From assembly GCF_009914755.1 (NCBI RefSeq), contig NC_060925.1: a stretch of DNA of 64,000 nt; one strand, given 5' to 3'. The DNA is from the human T2T-CHM13v2.0 reference genome, Homo sapiens. The translations under genes were made by a program, and so were the position numbers. The notes beneath the pieces were generated by a model. It was not told the origin of the DNA and did not search any database. It saw only the letters and a list, made by a program, of their open reading frames with translations. This document shows, one piece after another, positions 15,390-29,244 of the stretch; the stretch's first letter is position 1, and every line of letters starts with the position of its first letter.

Positions 15390-16497
15390 CATTAGGGATA
15401 AAACCAGCCTATGATATTCCTCCTCTTTCTGTATGCGCATAAAAAGAACTAGAAGCAAGAGGCAGGCGGACTCACACATTGCACATTGGCCCCCTCCCTC
15501 CTTAACAAGCAAAATAGCCCATTTTAGTGATCCAGAAACCCTGGAAATGGATTCTTTACAACTATTGACGATACCCACTGGCAATGATGGTCTATATTTC
15601 ATAGTTACTTTAAAGTCCCAGGCAGATGTGATTCAGCCTTTCAGATGGATGAAAGGGATGTTGGAAGGATAGAATTTTTGCAGGGCATGAATTCATTATT
15701 TCTTGGATCTTTTTAACTGATAAGGTATTTTAAACTCATAGACAGCCGTGAGTTTAAATTCATTCCTTTCCATCTATTCCAGTCAGACTTCCCTTGAGCT
15801 CATAGTGCCAGCTGGTTTTTCTAGGGGGACAAAGCGGAAAAGAAAAAGAGGCAGAAAAAATTCGAAGAAATTATTGAATTTTTTTGCATTAACAACCTCC
15901 TCAGGTGACACTCATCCCCCCTACCCTCGCCATGATTCTTACCTTCTTCCCGATGACCCCTGAAAAGAGGAGAAAAAGGTGAGAAGGGCCAAAGAAATTT
16001 TACACAATGGGCAGAACTTCTGTCGGAGAAGATATCAAGGGTGTAGAGATCTTCCAGAAAAGGGAAAACCCATTGTAGAAGAAAGGGAAACAGGCCTTGG
16101 AAGGGTGAGTGCACCTGAGCATTGTATGTGAAGATGCTGATTTGTCTCTTTAGCCCAAATCCAGTCTGAGTTTGCATGTCTGTATCTTTTCCACCACAAA
16201 GAGACATATATCTTGCTTGCCATAATTGTGATGTTGGACAATAACCACATGATTTCTGCTTTAGGAGATGTGTAAAAAACTTTCTGTCATCACCACCAAC
16301 CCCCCCACTACAAATGTGTGTATCAGCCTCCCCACAGATTAGCTATAATTAGAAAACCATGTTGAATCACGTTGAGTCAGATGAGGATAACTTCCTGTAT
16401 TCCCTGTATCCCTGAGGAAACTAAGGTTTATTCTCTTCATGACAAGCTAGTTTCCTTACTTTATTTCTCCAGTTATGTTTTAGCAAACCAATTATAT

Positions 16498-16742
16498 AAA
16501 AATATTTTTTTCATATACTTATAAACTTTTAAAAATCCTGGCCATGTCAGCTTCTAATGTTTGTAAGAGGAATGAGTACATCCCTCTTAACTACACTTAC
16601 AATTTCAGATTGTTCAAGGATCTGTATTCTTTTCTGTATTCCATGTTGAGCTACAATTAGCATCCTGTGTATGGCAACCAGTATTGCATGCAAAATTCTT
16701 CAAAGAATCTATAACACATGACTCATACTAAAGAGTAATTTG
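16498..16742 (+). repeat. Copy 2 of the ~243-bp diverged direct duplication
   Basis: Aligns to 14096-14337. Confidence 0.93.
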
Positions 16743-17061
16743 GTATTTATACAAACTAAAATTATTCTCTTTCCTGCCTCTACTTTAGTTTTTTGGCTTC
16801 TAATTCAAAAATGAGAAAGGGGGAAAAGATGAAGTCTAAGATATTGCGATAAATCAAGAGTGACTTCTTTCTGTCCAGGGTATCCTCATATACAAGTTGA
16901 GAAAGAGTGCATGGACGTCATCTTTGCACGATTAAATAGAAAGACTTCTAAGCCAAGATATCAGTCTATGGTGAAGTTAATATTGCTATGATATTCATTT
17001 GCTTTTCATTTTAAACGCTCCTTTTATTTGGATCAGATTTTGATTTTTAAATAATTTAATT

Positions 17062-17382
<321 letters not shown>

Positions 17383-18096
17383 TAGTTAGTTGTGTAATCT
17401 TGCATCAGTGAAGGGCATAAACCTCAAGCTTTTCCTGTCTTCTGGTGAAGTCAACCAGTACCTTTGAGAATAAGGAGCCATCTCCCCTCTTCTTCCTCTG
17501 CCCCATATCAAAGTTGGCCTGGCAGAAAAAAATCCCACCCAGAATGTCTGGTAATGTATTCATTAGTCACTCCTGATCATTCAGATGTTTCTTTTTTAAG
17601 TTTCTAGTTTTTTAATATCTTAGGTTATTCATGTCTATTGTATCATGTGTGAGGGTTTCTTCTTCCCCAGGAGAGTGTTTTTGGTGTGGAATTACCTTGT
17701 ACCCGTTTGGAGATAGACACAAAGGAGGTGGGTGTGTGATTCATGCTTGAGCAAATTTACTCCATGCATGATCTGCGGTGAAAGTTGAAGCCTAGGATTC
17801 TGCTGATCATTATGGCGTTTTTTGCATGACTTCAGCTCTTTGCACTCATTCAGTTCTATTGGTAGAAAGGTGATTTCCTTTCAGGTGTGACCTGAAAATG
17901 GAATTTTTTCTCATCTCCCTAGCACCATCCATACTGTTCAGAATGGAAGCTTTTAGCTTTAGTGACTCTCACTCTCGCCATGCCTTTAACTACATACTTC
18001 AGGCCCCTAATACAGTGGGACACCCCATGGTATTTCCTCGTCGCCAGCATTAAAGATTATGTGTTCCAGAATCATTAGACTTTTTGAAAAGACCCC

Positions 18097-18528
18097 TGTG
18101 TTAGTTTTGCACTGTTATAAAGAAATACCTGGGACTGGGTATTTTACAAAGAAAAGAGGTTTATTTGGCTCATGGTTCTGTAGGCCACACAAGCAAGGCA
18201 CCCACATCTGCTCAGCTTCTGAGGAGGCCTCATCACCTTCTGCCATGAAGGTTTTACTCACGGCAGAAGGTGAAGAGGGGAGCAGGGATGTCACATGGTG
18301 AGAGAGGAAGCAAGAGAAAGAGGAGGAAGTGCCAGCCTCTTTTTAACAATCACATCTCGTGGGAACTAATAGAGTGATAACTCACTCATTCCCATGAGGA
18401 GGGCACAAAGCCATTCATGAGCGATCCTCTCCCATGACCCAGTCACCTCTCGCTAGGACTCACCTTTAACAGTGGAGAATCACATTTCAGTATGAGATTT
18501 GGAGGGGACAAACATCCAAACTATATCA
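18097..18528 (-). mobile_element. MST-family MaLR solo LTR (MSTB-like)
   Basis: TGTGTTAG..ATAAAGAAATACCTG..AAGAAAAGAGGTTTATTTGGCTCA...CATCCAAACTATATCA termini. Confidence 0.88.
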
Positions 18529-20329
18529 GCCATATAAAAATTAAACTCTTCCAGGGATTTCTTTCAGGGATTTTGTTTTCCTTTTTGCTACTTTGGGTTT
18601 AACTTTTTATGGAAGTGCCTTTACAAAGTTAAGTGACTTATTCTTTATGTCTTCAGCAAAGTCAATATTGCTTCCACTAATGGTAGCTAAGGACAGGAAG
18701 GATGTGAGTTTTTGTTGTTGTTTTTCACATAGCTGGGAATAGTCATGGAGTAGGCTAGGATTTGGATCTTAGTTTCTTAAGCCACATTTCTACCTCTTAT
18801 CTCATGAAACAAAACAATGATTTAAAGACTGGGCTAACAGTTCTGTCTTTCTAAGAGTTTGTTTGATTGCTGACTGTCCCTGTTGATGGTTCTTGTGCGG
18901 ATAATTAACAGGTATAGTCGGATAAGTTGCCACCAACTTAGAAAACAGTCAGGGATCTTTTTTTAAGAGCTGCTTACAGTTGTTCAAGTCAGCCTTGACT
19001 CAGCTCTGCATACCAGCTGCTGGTGACCCCAGCTTGCCCCTTTGCACAGACCATGTGATTTTAAGTGTCAAGGTCTTGTCCGTTATCAGTTTCCTACCCT
19101 GTAGAACTGCTGTTATGCATTTTGTTTACTGATATGCATTTTCAGTATCTTTCCCTTCTCTGGATTTTTCGAAATAGACTAATTAAATACCGCAGCTGGT
19201 CTTTTTATCTTGGGATGGAATCACTTACAGAATGGGACACGTCTTCCTCTCAGATTGAGTCATGGTGTGGTGACAGAAGGGAATTTCATTGGAGCATTAA
19301 GATAATCAGAGACTCCATGTGGCATTAATTCACTCCATTACTGTTTATTGAAGAATAACTGTGTGCCAAGCACTGGGCTTAGTACTTTATCTTGGGAGGG
19401 GTGGGCAGGGTAGGGGGCAAATTGCAGAATAAGACTGGGCTTTGAGAGAGATTGGAGTTGAGTTATACATGCAGAATTCTAGAGGATACTTGAGTTTCTT
19501 TGCCTACTTGCTGCCTTAAATTTAAGAGAATTACACTAGGCTTGGGAAAACAAACTTTCATAATCCCAAATAGCATCTGATTCTAAAATTGCTTTTATTT
19601 GACTTCTCAATGAGTCTTTTAAAAGATGATTTCCTTCCTCAGGGTTTTGATCTGGCTGTGTTTGTTTCTATGAACACATTGTCTACAGATTCTAGGCATT
19701 AAGCAGAATGAACTAGCTGGAAAAATCCAACCCAGAAATAAACATTCGCCTGTAGTCATTTCCAGCAAATGCTTGTATACTTATCGAAAATTCAAATTTA
19801 CTTTTAACTAAATACCTTTATGCAGCTGACTGTAGTGCTTTGGGGAAGATAATGGTGTTAAAATAAGGTAATGATGATTGAGAAGAAAGGACTGATTCGA
19901 GGAACATTTAGGAGTTAGAATGACATCATTTAGCTATCTATTAGATATTCAATAGAGATATTTATGAAAACTTGAAATATGTTTAACATTGTGTATCCTT
20001 ATAACCACTGCTTCTGAATGTTCAGCCAGTGATCTTGGGTAAAGACATTAAAACTTATTTGGTGAATACCTAACAGTGTATCTCTTCATCATGTGTATGT
20101 ATCTGTAGATGTGGTATTAGAAACCACTGACACATATAATGACTTTTCAAGATATTTAACTAGTTTATAGGCTCCTGCGTGACTTATTTAATCTTGTGAT
20201 TTTGTTCTGAGGTAGCTAATAATTTTATCATAACAAGGTAAATTTTTAAGAAAATTATTGGAAAGTATGAAGTTTTTATTTGTTCATTTCATTAGTTGCT
20301 CTGCTAGAGTTACAAACAAGTACAATTAC

Positions 20330-20790
20330 GTTGGAAATCTACTTCATAGTAAATACTCAGGTTCAAATACATTTACCCTAGGACCCAGTAGTCATAGGAG
20401 TAGCATTACTTGAAAAACCCTAAACTGCAAACCTTCTAAATATCTATCAATATTAGATACACGGTGGAATAGTAACAATGAAAAATAGCAATCTGTTATA
20501 CTCAACAACAATATGGATTTTACAGGCAAAAGCCATTATAAACAAAGTGTTTCCATTTATGATGCTCAAGAACAGGCAGAAGTTATCTGTGACGATAGAA
20601 GTTAGAAGGAGACTTTTGTGTGGGGGAGTATTGAAAGGAAGGAGGTATAAATGGAGCCTTCAGGAGTGCTGATAATGTCCTATACAATGATCTGAGTGAT
20701 AGTTACAATGATGCATTTGTAAGCAATAATTAAATGAACTCTATACTTGAGTTTTGTTCACTTTACTATAGAATAACAATATTTTAAAAA
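20330..20790 (+). mobile_element. Ancient L1M (ME/MC) 3' fragment
   Basis: Degenerate ACAACAATATGGAT..TTCCATTTAT..GATAGAAGTTAGA..CTTCAGGAGTGCTGATAATGTCC 3'UTR pattern. Confidence 0.55.
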
Positions 20791-21844
20791 CTAAAATTTC
20801 TTAATAGTGGCCACTTTAGAAAAACTTTTTATTGAACAGCAAAACGCTAATTTGAGACTCTGGGACAATAGAGTTGAAGATGTCTTCAGGGATAGGAATA
20901 ATGAATGATTTGGCTATTGTTGGACGAGGATGTGATAGAATTGTTTGACACAATATGATAAATTTCTTCAAATGGATTTGTTAAAGAAAGGAAAAATGCT
21001 AAATATATGATCCCTGAAAATGATGCCATCAGAAAGAAGACTATTTGGTCTGTAAAGGCTTAAAATCACATGTTGAAATTTTTATTCTCTGAAAATGAGC
21101 ATCATAAATTAACTCACTGACATGCCACTGTTTATCTCTCTTTAACTTCCAAACTCTAGGAGGTCTTTGAAGAATCAGCCACTTGCTTATTCAGTATGTC
21201 ATTTCTAGGAATAAAGATTGTAGACTTGCAAGGAAGCTGGACATGTCTTCCTCCATAGGATAGGGTCAAATCCAGTTTTCATCTTTGTGTCTTCACAGTG
21301 CTAAAAGCACCAGCATACTCTATGGATGGAGCAAGAAATCAAATCTTGTCCCTATAAAAGGGCCAGAAAGAAACATCATGCCATTGGCCAAAGAGCAGGA
21401 AGTGAAGCAAAACGCCTGAATACCGAATGACCATTTACTAAATCATTAAAAGTTTATTATGTGATTCTAGTCAATAAACATATGCTCAGTGATTCATTTG
21501 TTTTCTGAATATTTAACATTTTCTCTATCAAACTTTTCATCTAAATTTATCATAGGCATTTTGTTGTTGTTATAACTACAAAGGAAGGGAACTATTTTGG
21601 TTGTTATTTGTTTTTCATAATTTCCCTGAAATTGAGCAATACATAAGACAGAATATTCAGATGGACCTTACCGTCTAAGGTTTGCTTTCTAGTTAACAAT
21701 TTGAAAACTAATTTATTCTCTTTATGTTCTGTCTGCCCATATTAATTATATTTGATAACACAGGGCGTTAAGGAAATAGTGGGGAAAATGAGGCATCGTG
21801 TGTCTCATTCCTTGGCAGGAGTGTGCTCTCCATATGGCTGAGGG

Positions 21845-22080
21845 GTAGTGTGGAATAGTGGTCAAGGGGGTAGAGCCTGGAACCAGACTGCCTGGCTCAT
21901 TTCCTAGCTCTGCCACTTTATGGATATGTGACCTTGAACAGCCACTTCTGCTGTAAAATGTGGACCGTAGTGGTACCTGTTTCACTGGATTTTGGCAGTG
22001 ATTACAAGGAAGAATAAACTAAAGCCCTTTATTATGCACCAAATAATGTTCTCTGAATACATACTTGCTACAACATAATA
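21845..22080 (+). mobile_element. MIR
   Basis: TAGTGGTCAAG..AGACTGCCTGG..CCTAGCTCTGCCACT..TGTGACCTTG..CTGTAAAATG core. Confidence 0.8.
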
Positions 22081-23482
22081 ATAAATATGCACATGGTCTC
22101 AATAAGAGTCTTTTATTCCTTTGTGGTTGTCATTAACCTTATTATCTGCATCACGTCTTTTATTTGTGATGATTAATATCTCTCATTGAGGTAACGAAGT
22201 ACAAAGTGAGATGCTGATGCCTGTATTTTGTAGACACATACTTGATATCCAAATATTTTTGGCAATATCATGAAACATTTAGATATGGTACTCACAATGT
22301 ATTGGTTTTCTTATATTTTAATTTTTATTGTAAACTTTGATGCTTCTAACTGAATTCTAAGTGCTGAAAACATAATATGAAAATTATAGATAGGATACAT
22401 ATCTAAAACCAGATTTTTAGAGGGAATTCTGAAGGGAAAAATATAGCTCAGCAGACTTGTATGCAACCAGATAGGTGAAACATTGTTTTCTCCTTTCCAA
22501 GATATTTGAAATAGCAAAGGTCCAAATTATATCTTGCAAATGTTTTTCATGCCAAAATTGGCTAGACTGGCAAAAAGATATGTTCAAAGAATAAAAGATT
22601 GTAATGTTATTTTAATTTCAAGGAGTTTAAACATCTGTGCATATTTTCTTTTTGCTTTAAAGAGTGGAGACTTAGGATAGTTGGTTTAAATTAGAAAGGC
22701 ATTTTGTTTTAAGAGCCTGCTGATACTGCAGCATTATAGTGCATGTTACTGTGATATTTTTAAACAAACTGTGAAATTTAGAAATGCAACCTGCTAGAAT
22801 AAAAACTTTAATAAAATATATACCTAATGCCATTTTGTTTCTTCATCGGTTTGTTTGGAATCACTTTGGTGTATTTTCAACTCTTGATTTTTTTTTTAAT
22901 TGTATTTTTTTTTTTTGGTCAAGGTCATCCTAAATGTTTCAACTTTTTCTAAGAAAGGAAAAGTTAATATAAATAAGAAATTGAGTTTCTAATTCTTTTA
23001 AACTTATCCCTTTAAAGAAAAATATCAAAAAGCCTAAGAAGTTCCCTTGGTTTTTTGTTAGCAAATTCCTGTGCTGTATTTAGTGTTGTGTTATGGCAGA
23101 GGTGTGTGTGCACATGGCTCTCAGGGACTGCCTACAGCAGAGGACAAGTGAACTTTGGAGTCGGACTTAGCTGACAGGAAATCCCAGCCTGCCTCTCTGG
23201 CTTTGGTCTTTCAGCCATTTTTCATACTGAACATCATTCATTTCTGTGACTCAATACATAATAGTTATTATTTTTACAGATGTGATTTATGCGTGTCACG
23301 CTGCTGGGACATTTAATTACTCTATTCAACTTGACTGTATTTAGAAAAGGCTATGGCGCTACTCCTCTTGTTTAACAGCTTCTATTCTAAGAGAAGAATC
23401 TAACCATTGATTGGGTTGGATCATAAGTGTGGCTAATCTTGTAGGCTAGGTAGGTATCATTTTCTTTATTTTAGTGTGCCTT

Positions 23483-23786
23483 GCCTTTTTTTTTTTTGAG
23501 ACGGAGTCTCGCTCTGTCGCCCAGGCTGGATCTCGCCTCACTGCAAGCTCCGATCTCGGCTCACTGCAAGCTCCGCCTCCCGGGTTCACGCCATTCTCCT
23601 GCCTCAGCCTCCCGAGTAACTGGGACTACAGGTGCCCGCCACCACGCCCGGCTAATTTTTTGTATTTTTAGTAGAGACGGGGTTTCACCGTGTTAGCCAG
23701 GATGGTCTCGATCTCCTGACCTCGTGATCCGCCTGCCTCGGCCTCCCAAAGTGCTGGGATGACAGGCGTGAGCCACCGCGCCCGGC
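23483..23786 (-). mobile_element. AluY with internal deletion/duplication
   Basis: Y diagnostics (GCAAGCTCC, TTCACGCCATTC, CCGTGTTAGCC), CpG-rich; TSD TAGTGTGCCTT (23472-23482 / 23787-23797). Confidence 0.95.
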
Positions 23787-25920
23787 TAGTGTGCCTTTCT
23801 TAAAATCAACTGGAACACGTATGTCTTAGAGTTTACCAAATCGCTTTTATATAACATGCATTTGCTTCTTTTTAAAATGACACATCTTTCATGTCTGACT
23901 TGATTTCTGGTTTAACAGTGATTTATAATGGTATATTGAATGGCAAAAGATAGTCGAGGGAGATATTGTTATCAAGAAACAATGGAGAAGTCAGATGGAC
24001 ACTAGTTTTTACTTGGTGGGAAGATGTCCTGCAGACTTACTTGCACATATTTGAAATTCTCGCTTCTAGTTTGTTAGAACAACCCGAGGGATGGGACCAG
24101 GAGACCGGTATCAGGATCATAGACTAAATAAGAATGAAAGCAGGAACCAAGAAGATGGTGTCAGGAGAGATTGAAACAACCTACTCAGTTGAGGAACAAC
24201 ATCCAGATGATGTTACAACCAGGAGACACAGCTCTCCAAACTGAAGTCTAAAATATACATCAAGACAACCAAATGAGAGAGACAGGCTAGGAGAGCACAA
24301 GAGGCTCTTCTTGGTAACCTTACCAAATTCCACAGCTGTCAGTCTCCTTCTGAGGCTGACTCAGACCCAAAGGCAGGACAAACAAAGCAAGACGCTTTCA
24401 CCCACACTATAGCTTGATCCTCTGCCAAGAGGCACATCTGGGACCAAGTTCAGAAGCAGGCTTCTAGATTCTTAATCAGTGAGAGGTGTCAAATGTCACC
24501 TCACCAATTAGCAAACTGTAATTCTGCTTTGCTTCTGAGATTGAATCTAGGCTGCCCGAGTAAAGAGGATTGTCTGGTGCCAACCAGATAGTCTGGAGAT
24601 ACCACTTGTGGGCATGGTCAGTGTCAGTGCCTTCTGTGGTCTGCAGTGCCTTGGAATGCTGTTGGATGCCTGTGAGATCAGCCACCCTCCCCTGAGGCTT
24701 ACCATTAATCTGAGTAGGAGAATACGGTAGTGTAAGTAAGACTGCAGTCTTCCTTGGTTGCGGGAGTAGACCGAAAAAAAAAACCAAAAAACAAAAAACC
24801 CTGATAACCTCTTGCTCTGCAAAATCTCATGCAAGCATTCTTCACTTTTGAGTGTAGACTAGTTAAGATTTAAAATGACTGCTGTTTTCATGAAATAGTA
24901 TCAGACAGTTCAGAAAAGGCTCATGGTTCCTGATTCTCATTGGGTCAAAAATCTAGAGATGAATTTATCTTTCCAAAGTAAGAAAACTGAATCCAAATCA
25001 AGGTTATGAGATAGGCAACAACAGTATGTCTAAAGAGTTCTTGGAGAAATCACACTTTGTAAATTCCCAAGGGGCAGGAGTTGGCCAATGTATGGGTTGT
25101 TCTCCTTCTTAATTTTAGATGTTTATTTCTTATCGCCTTCTATTGTCTCTGCTGTTCCTCTTGTTGGAATAAACTCAAGTGATTTTACAACATCATAAAT
25201 ATAACTGCCGGTTATTGGATTACAAAATAAAACACTAGCACCTGGCATTTGCAAGACATTTTATGCTTTGAAAATATTTTATACTTTACCGAATTTGTTT
25301 ATCTCAAGTTATGGGAATATTGCATGTGGATTATTAACTGTATTCTACAGGTAGGAAAATTTAGATCTTGAGGCCAAGGAGCTTGTCCAAAGTTACATGG
25401 ATGCTAATTTAGGCAAAGACATGTCCTGAAATATGGATCTCCTACTCTGATACAGATCAAATCATTGGAAATCTTGAGTTTGGGAATTGTTCTCTTTGCC
25501 TTTCCCTCTATTCTTACATCTCTTGTTCACTTTGGATTTACTATTTCGTATTTACTTATATTCTCCTGGTCATTAGGGTATTCTTGGGTGCATTTGATAG
25601 CTCTTATTCCTTGAATACATTGCATACCTCTGGATATACCACCTTGTGCCCTAATGTCGTTTGAGAAACAACAGTTTTCACATTCTGAGGTTCTGCTTTG
25701 AAATTTACCTTAATTCATCTCTATCATTGAGTAATCTTATCTTTTTCTCTTCAGAGAAAGATTTGCCTTATTGGATCTGGCCATTTATCCCTTATTTAAT
25801 GTCCACTTTTCAGCAAGGTCATGACATGCCATTTCAGAAGAAAGCAATATGCTCTTTTAACTAGGAATCAGGAAACTAAAACTTTTGTTGTGGCTCTACA
25901 TTTAGACTGTGTGCAAATTA

Positions 25921-26003
25921 TTTACTAGCTTGTAAAAAATTGTGAGATTTTACTAGCTTATAAGAAATTGTAAGATTTTACTAGCTTGTAAGAAATTGCA
26001 AGA
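25921..26003. repeat. 28-bp tandem repeat, about 3 copies
   Basis: TTTACTAGCTTRTAARAAATTGYRAGAT starting at 25921, 25949 and 25977. Confidence 0.93.
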
Positions 26004-26321
26004 AACTTCAAGTTATCTCTATTGGATATTTAATGTGGAGCTCTTTGATGTCATCTTAATTAGCTAATATTCCATGTGACACATATAAAATGCATACTAT
26101 GTTTAAACTTCCGAATTAGCAATAAACACCATGTTGACTGATCAAATAATTATTTAAATGTGGTTTTGGCTACTTGTGTAATAAATATAGTTCACATAAA
26201 CTTTCTACTATGTCTTGATATGATTCTAAGTTACAGAAGATATTATCTTGCAGTTCTTGAATTTAATAGTAGAATCACAGTTCAACCATTATTCAAATAC
26301 TTCCTTTTCAAAAGAAGTATT

Positions 26322-26490
26322 CAGTGGTTCCCAAATCTGCACCAGCATCAGCTGTGGTATTTTTTTAAAACATACATATTCCAGGGCCCTACTCTAGAGA
26401 AAATTGACTTTTCAGAAAGTTGAGCAGGATCCTTTATTTAAGAAGGTACCTAAGTAATTCTGATGTCTAGCCAAGGTTGGTTGTCTAACC
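26322..26490. mobile_element. MER5-like hAT-Charlie relic
   Basis: CAGTGGTTCCCAAA..CCAGGGCCCTAC..TAATTCTGATG..GCCAAGGTTGG. Confidence 0.6.
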
Positions 26491-26549
26491 ATTTTTCCAA
26501 GTTTATTGTGGGACATCTAAGCTGGGCATAGCAGTTTAAACAAGGTTTA

Positions 26550-27200
26550 CTTATTCAGCGGACATTTTTGGATGCTTACAATATATCAATCATTGTGCTG
26601 AGTACTACAGTAAGCAATATGACACAGAGTTTGTCTAGAGGTAATTATACTTTAGTGAAAATTGCCCCCAAATCACTTTATCATGTATGTGTTGCAGTAG
26701 GAGAGTATATAGTCTCAAAAGAGTAAAGAAGTGGCTCCTAAGTCAGCTCCTGTAAGAGTTCTGTGGGAAGTACAGGGATGTTCAGGAGAAGCATCACAGT
26801 GGAATGAGACTTGAACATTCCTGTCCACTGAATAGTCAGAGTTTGTCATTTTGAAAATAGAAAATAGAAGAGAAATACATTATCAGGGGCCACTAAATAT
26901 CTGTTAAAAGGGGAGTGACAGGATGAAGGCAGTACAGAATGCTGGGCTGAGAGCAGGACTGAGATCCTAGAGGCAGAATCCCAGTCTACCCGTACTCTCT
27001 GGGAGGAAGTGATGAGAACTTGCAGCAGGGTGGTGGTAGTGAAAGAGAAGAATGAAAGACAAGGAAGCATCAGTGGAACTTGATGTGTGGCTGGATACCA
27101 GAAATGCAGAGGAAGTTAGTCAAAGGTTCCCGTCCTGATGACTGGAGATCATGGTATCACTGACTGAGCTCTAGGGGTTGTGAAATAGAGCTCATTAGGC
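26550..27200 (-). mobile_element. L2 relic
   Basis: TATTCAGCGGACATTTTTGGATGCTTAC (reverse L2 3' end) followed by purine-rich L2-like body. Confidence 0.6.
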
Positions 27201-27208
27201 AGAGGATG
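26900..27208 (+). other. FMN2: Candidate alternative first exon of FMN2 (5' boundary not determinable)
   Basis: AGG ATG|GTAAGT donor at 27208/27209; the ATG is in frame with the phase-0 exon at 39590; in-frame stop upstream at 27161. Confidence 0.55.
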
Positions 27209-27541
27209 GTAAGTGTCTGGTTTTTTTATGGTTTTCCGTGCATTTACCCTACTGCCTAGCACAATGCCTGATGTGTAGTAGGGGTATTAGTTAAAATACT
27301 GGTTTGGTGGTCTCTGTTGTGACTTGTAAAAGATGAAAAGTTAATTTTATCTTTCTCATGGAGAAATCTAGGCAGGTAAGTGCCCAGGGAGGTGCAGTGC
27401 CTGTGTTCCATCAGGTTGTCCAGAGATTCATTCCCCAGGCCTTCTGTTGCTTCACCCTCAGGGCATAGTATAACTGATGATGGCTCACTTCCATAATTCT
27501 GCCTCAGCCTGAGAGGAAAAGGATAGAGAAAGTAGAGGGCC

Positions 27542-27887
<346 letters not shown>

Positions 27888-27956
27888 TTATCGCTCTCCG
27901 CATTCTGTTGTCCGTAACTTAGTCATATGGCTATCCCTGGATAAAAGTAGGATGTA

Positions 27957-28066
27957 GGCTGGTGCTGTGGAACATGGCTGTAATCCCAGCCACTTAGGAG
28001 GCTGAGGTGGGAGGGATCACTTGAGCCTGGGAGTTAGAGGCTACAATCAGCTATAACCATGCCACT
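27957..28066 (+). mobile_element. FRAM/AluJ monomer fragment
   Basis: GCTGTAATCCCAGCCACTTAGGAGGCTGAGGTGGGAGG..CCATGCCACT. Confidence 0.8.
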
Positions 28067-28209
28067 AAGAGTACCTCACTGAATATCCACTGCAGTCTTT
28101 GGAATTTGATACTGTTTTAATCATTTTTCTAGGGGAGGTAACTGAGGCTTTAGGATGTTGGGGTAGCTTTTCTCCAACACATTAGAAAGCAAGTAGGAGA
28201 ACCTCACAA

Positions 28210-28351
28210 TCTGTGCACCAGAAGAACTGGCATCACCCGAAAGCTCGTTAGAAACAAAGAACCTCAGTCCCACCCAGATTTAGGGATCAGAATCTGCATT
28301 TTAAAGGATCCCAGATGATTCAAGTACACATGAAGTTTGAGAAATACTGCT
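28210..28351. mobile_element. MER5-like DNA transposon
   Basis: GCATCACC..GTTAGAAA..ATCAGAATCTGCATTTTAA..AAGTTTGAGAAATACTG. Confidence 0.75.
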
Positions 28352-28863
28352 TTATTTTACAGAGACCGTGTTCATAATCTCTACACAGTCCTGCCTTCTA
28401 GGGAAGCCTGAGATGATAACTTTATTAAGAGAATTATTAAGAGACGTGACATTAAAGCAGATTCAAGATAATTCTTTTTTCTGATTATAAGTTCTAATTT
28501 TATAGATTTCAAATGTGTTAATTCTGCATTTTCTGCGTTTTGCCTCAGTTCTGAGATCATCTTAGAAGAGTGTACTCTCCTCTTCATTGTATTGTGGTCA
28601 CTGAATTCTAAGAATGTTCTAACTTTAGGTTCTTCTTCTCCAAGGTGTTGGAAAAAAAGGTCAGATCATAGCAGTGGTTCGTAATGCAAAGTTTGGGTTA
28701 CTTAAGGACACTGTGGAATCCATCCTTTTAGACATCTGTCCTCTTCTGAATGTCTGCCTTCTGAAAGGTGGTAGATGATTATTGTTCCTATGTAAAATCT
28801 TAGGCATTTAAATGTAAAATCCAGTTTGTGATCAAGTGTGTTTGAATTATAATAGAAAAAGCA

Positions 28864-29244
<381 letters not shown>

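Noticed and set aside
14096-16742. The 243-bp pair as LTRs of a provirus
   Set aside because: No TG..CA termini, PBS, TSD or internal gag/pol remnants seen.
24050-24840. Purine-rich, exon-like stretch
   Set aside because: Stops in all three + frames at the start of the stretch, no convincing splice-site pair and no recognisable protein; may be a degraded repeat.
27373-27381. Perfect CAG|GTAAGT donor
   Set aside because: No convincing paired acceptor or coding frame identified; isolated decoy donors are common.
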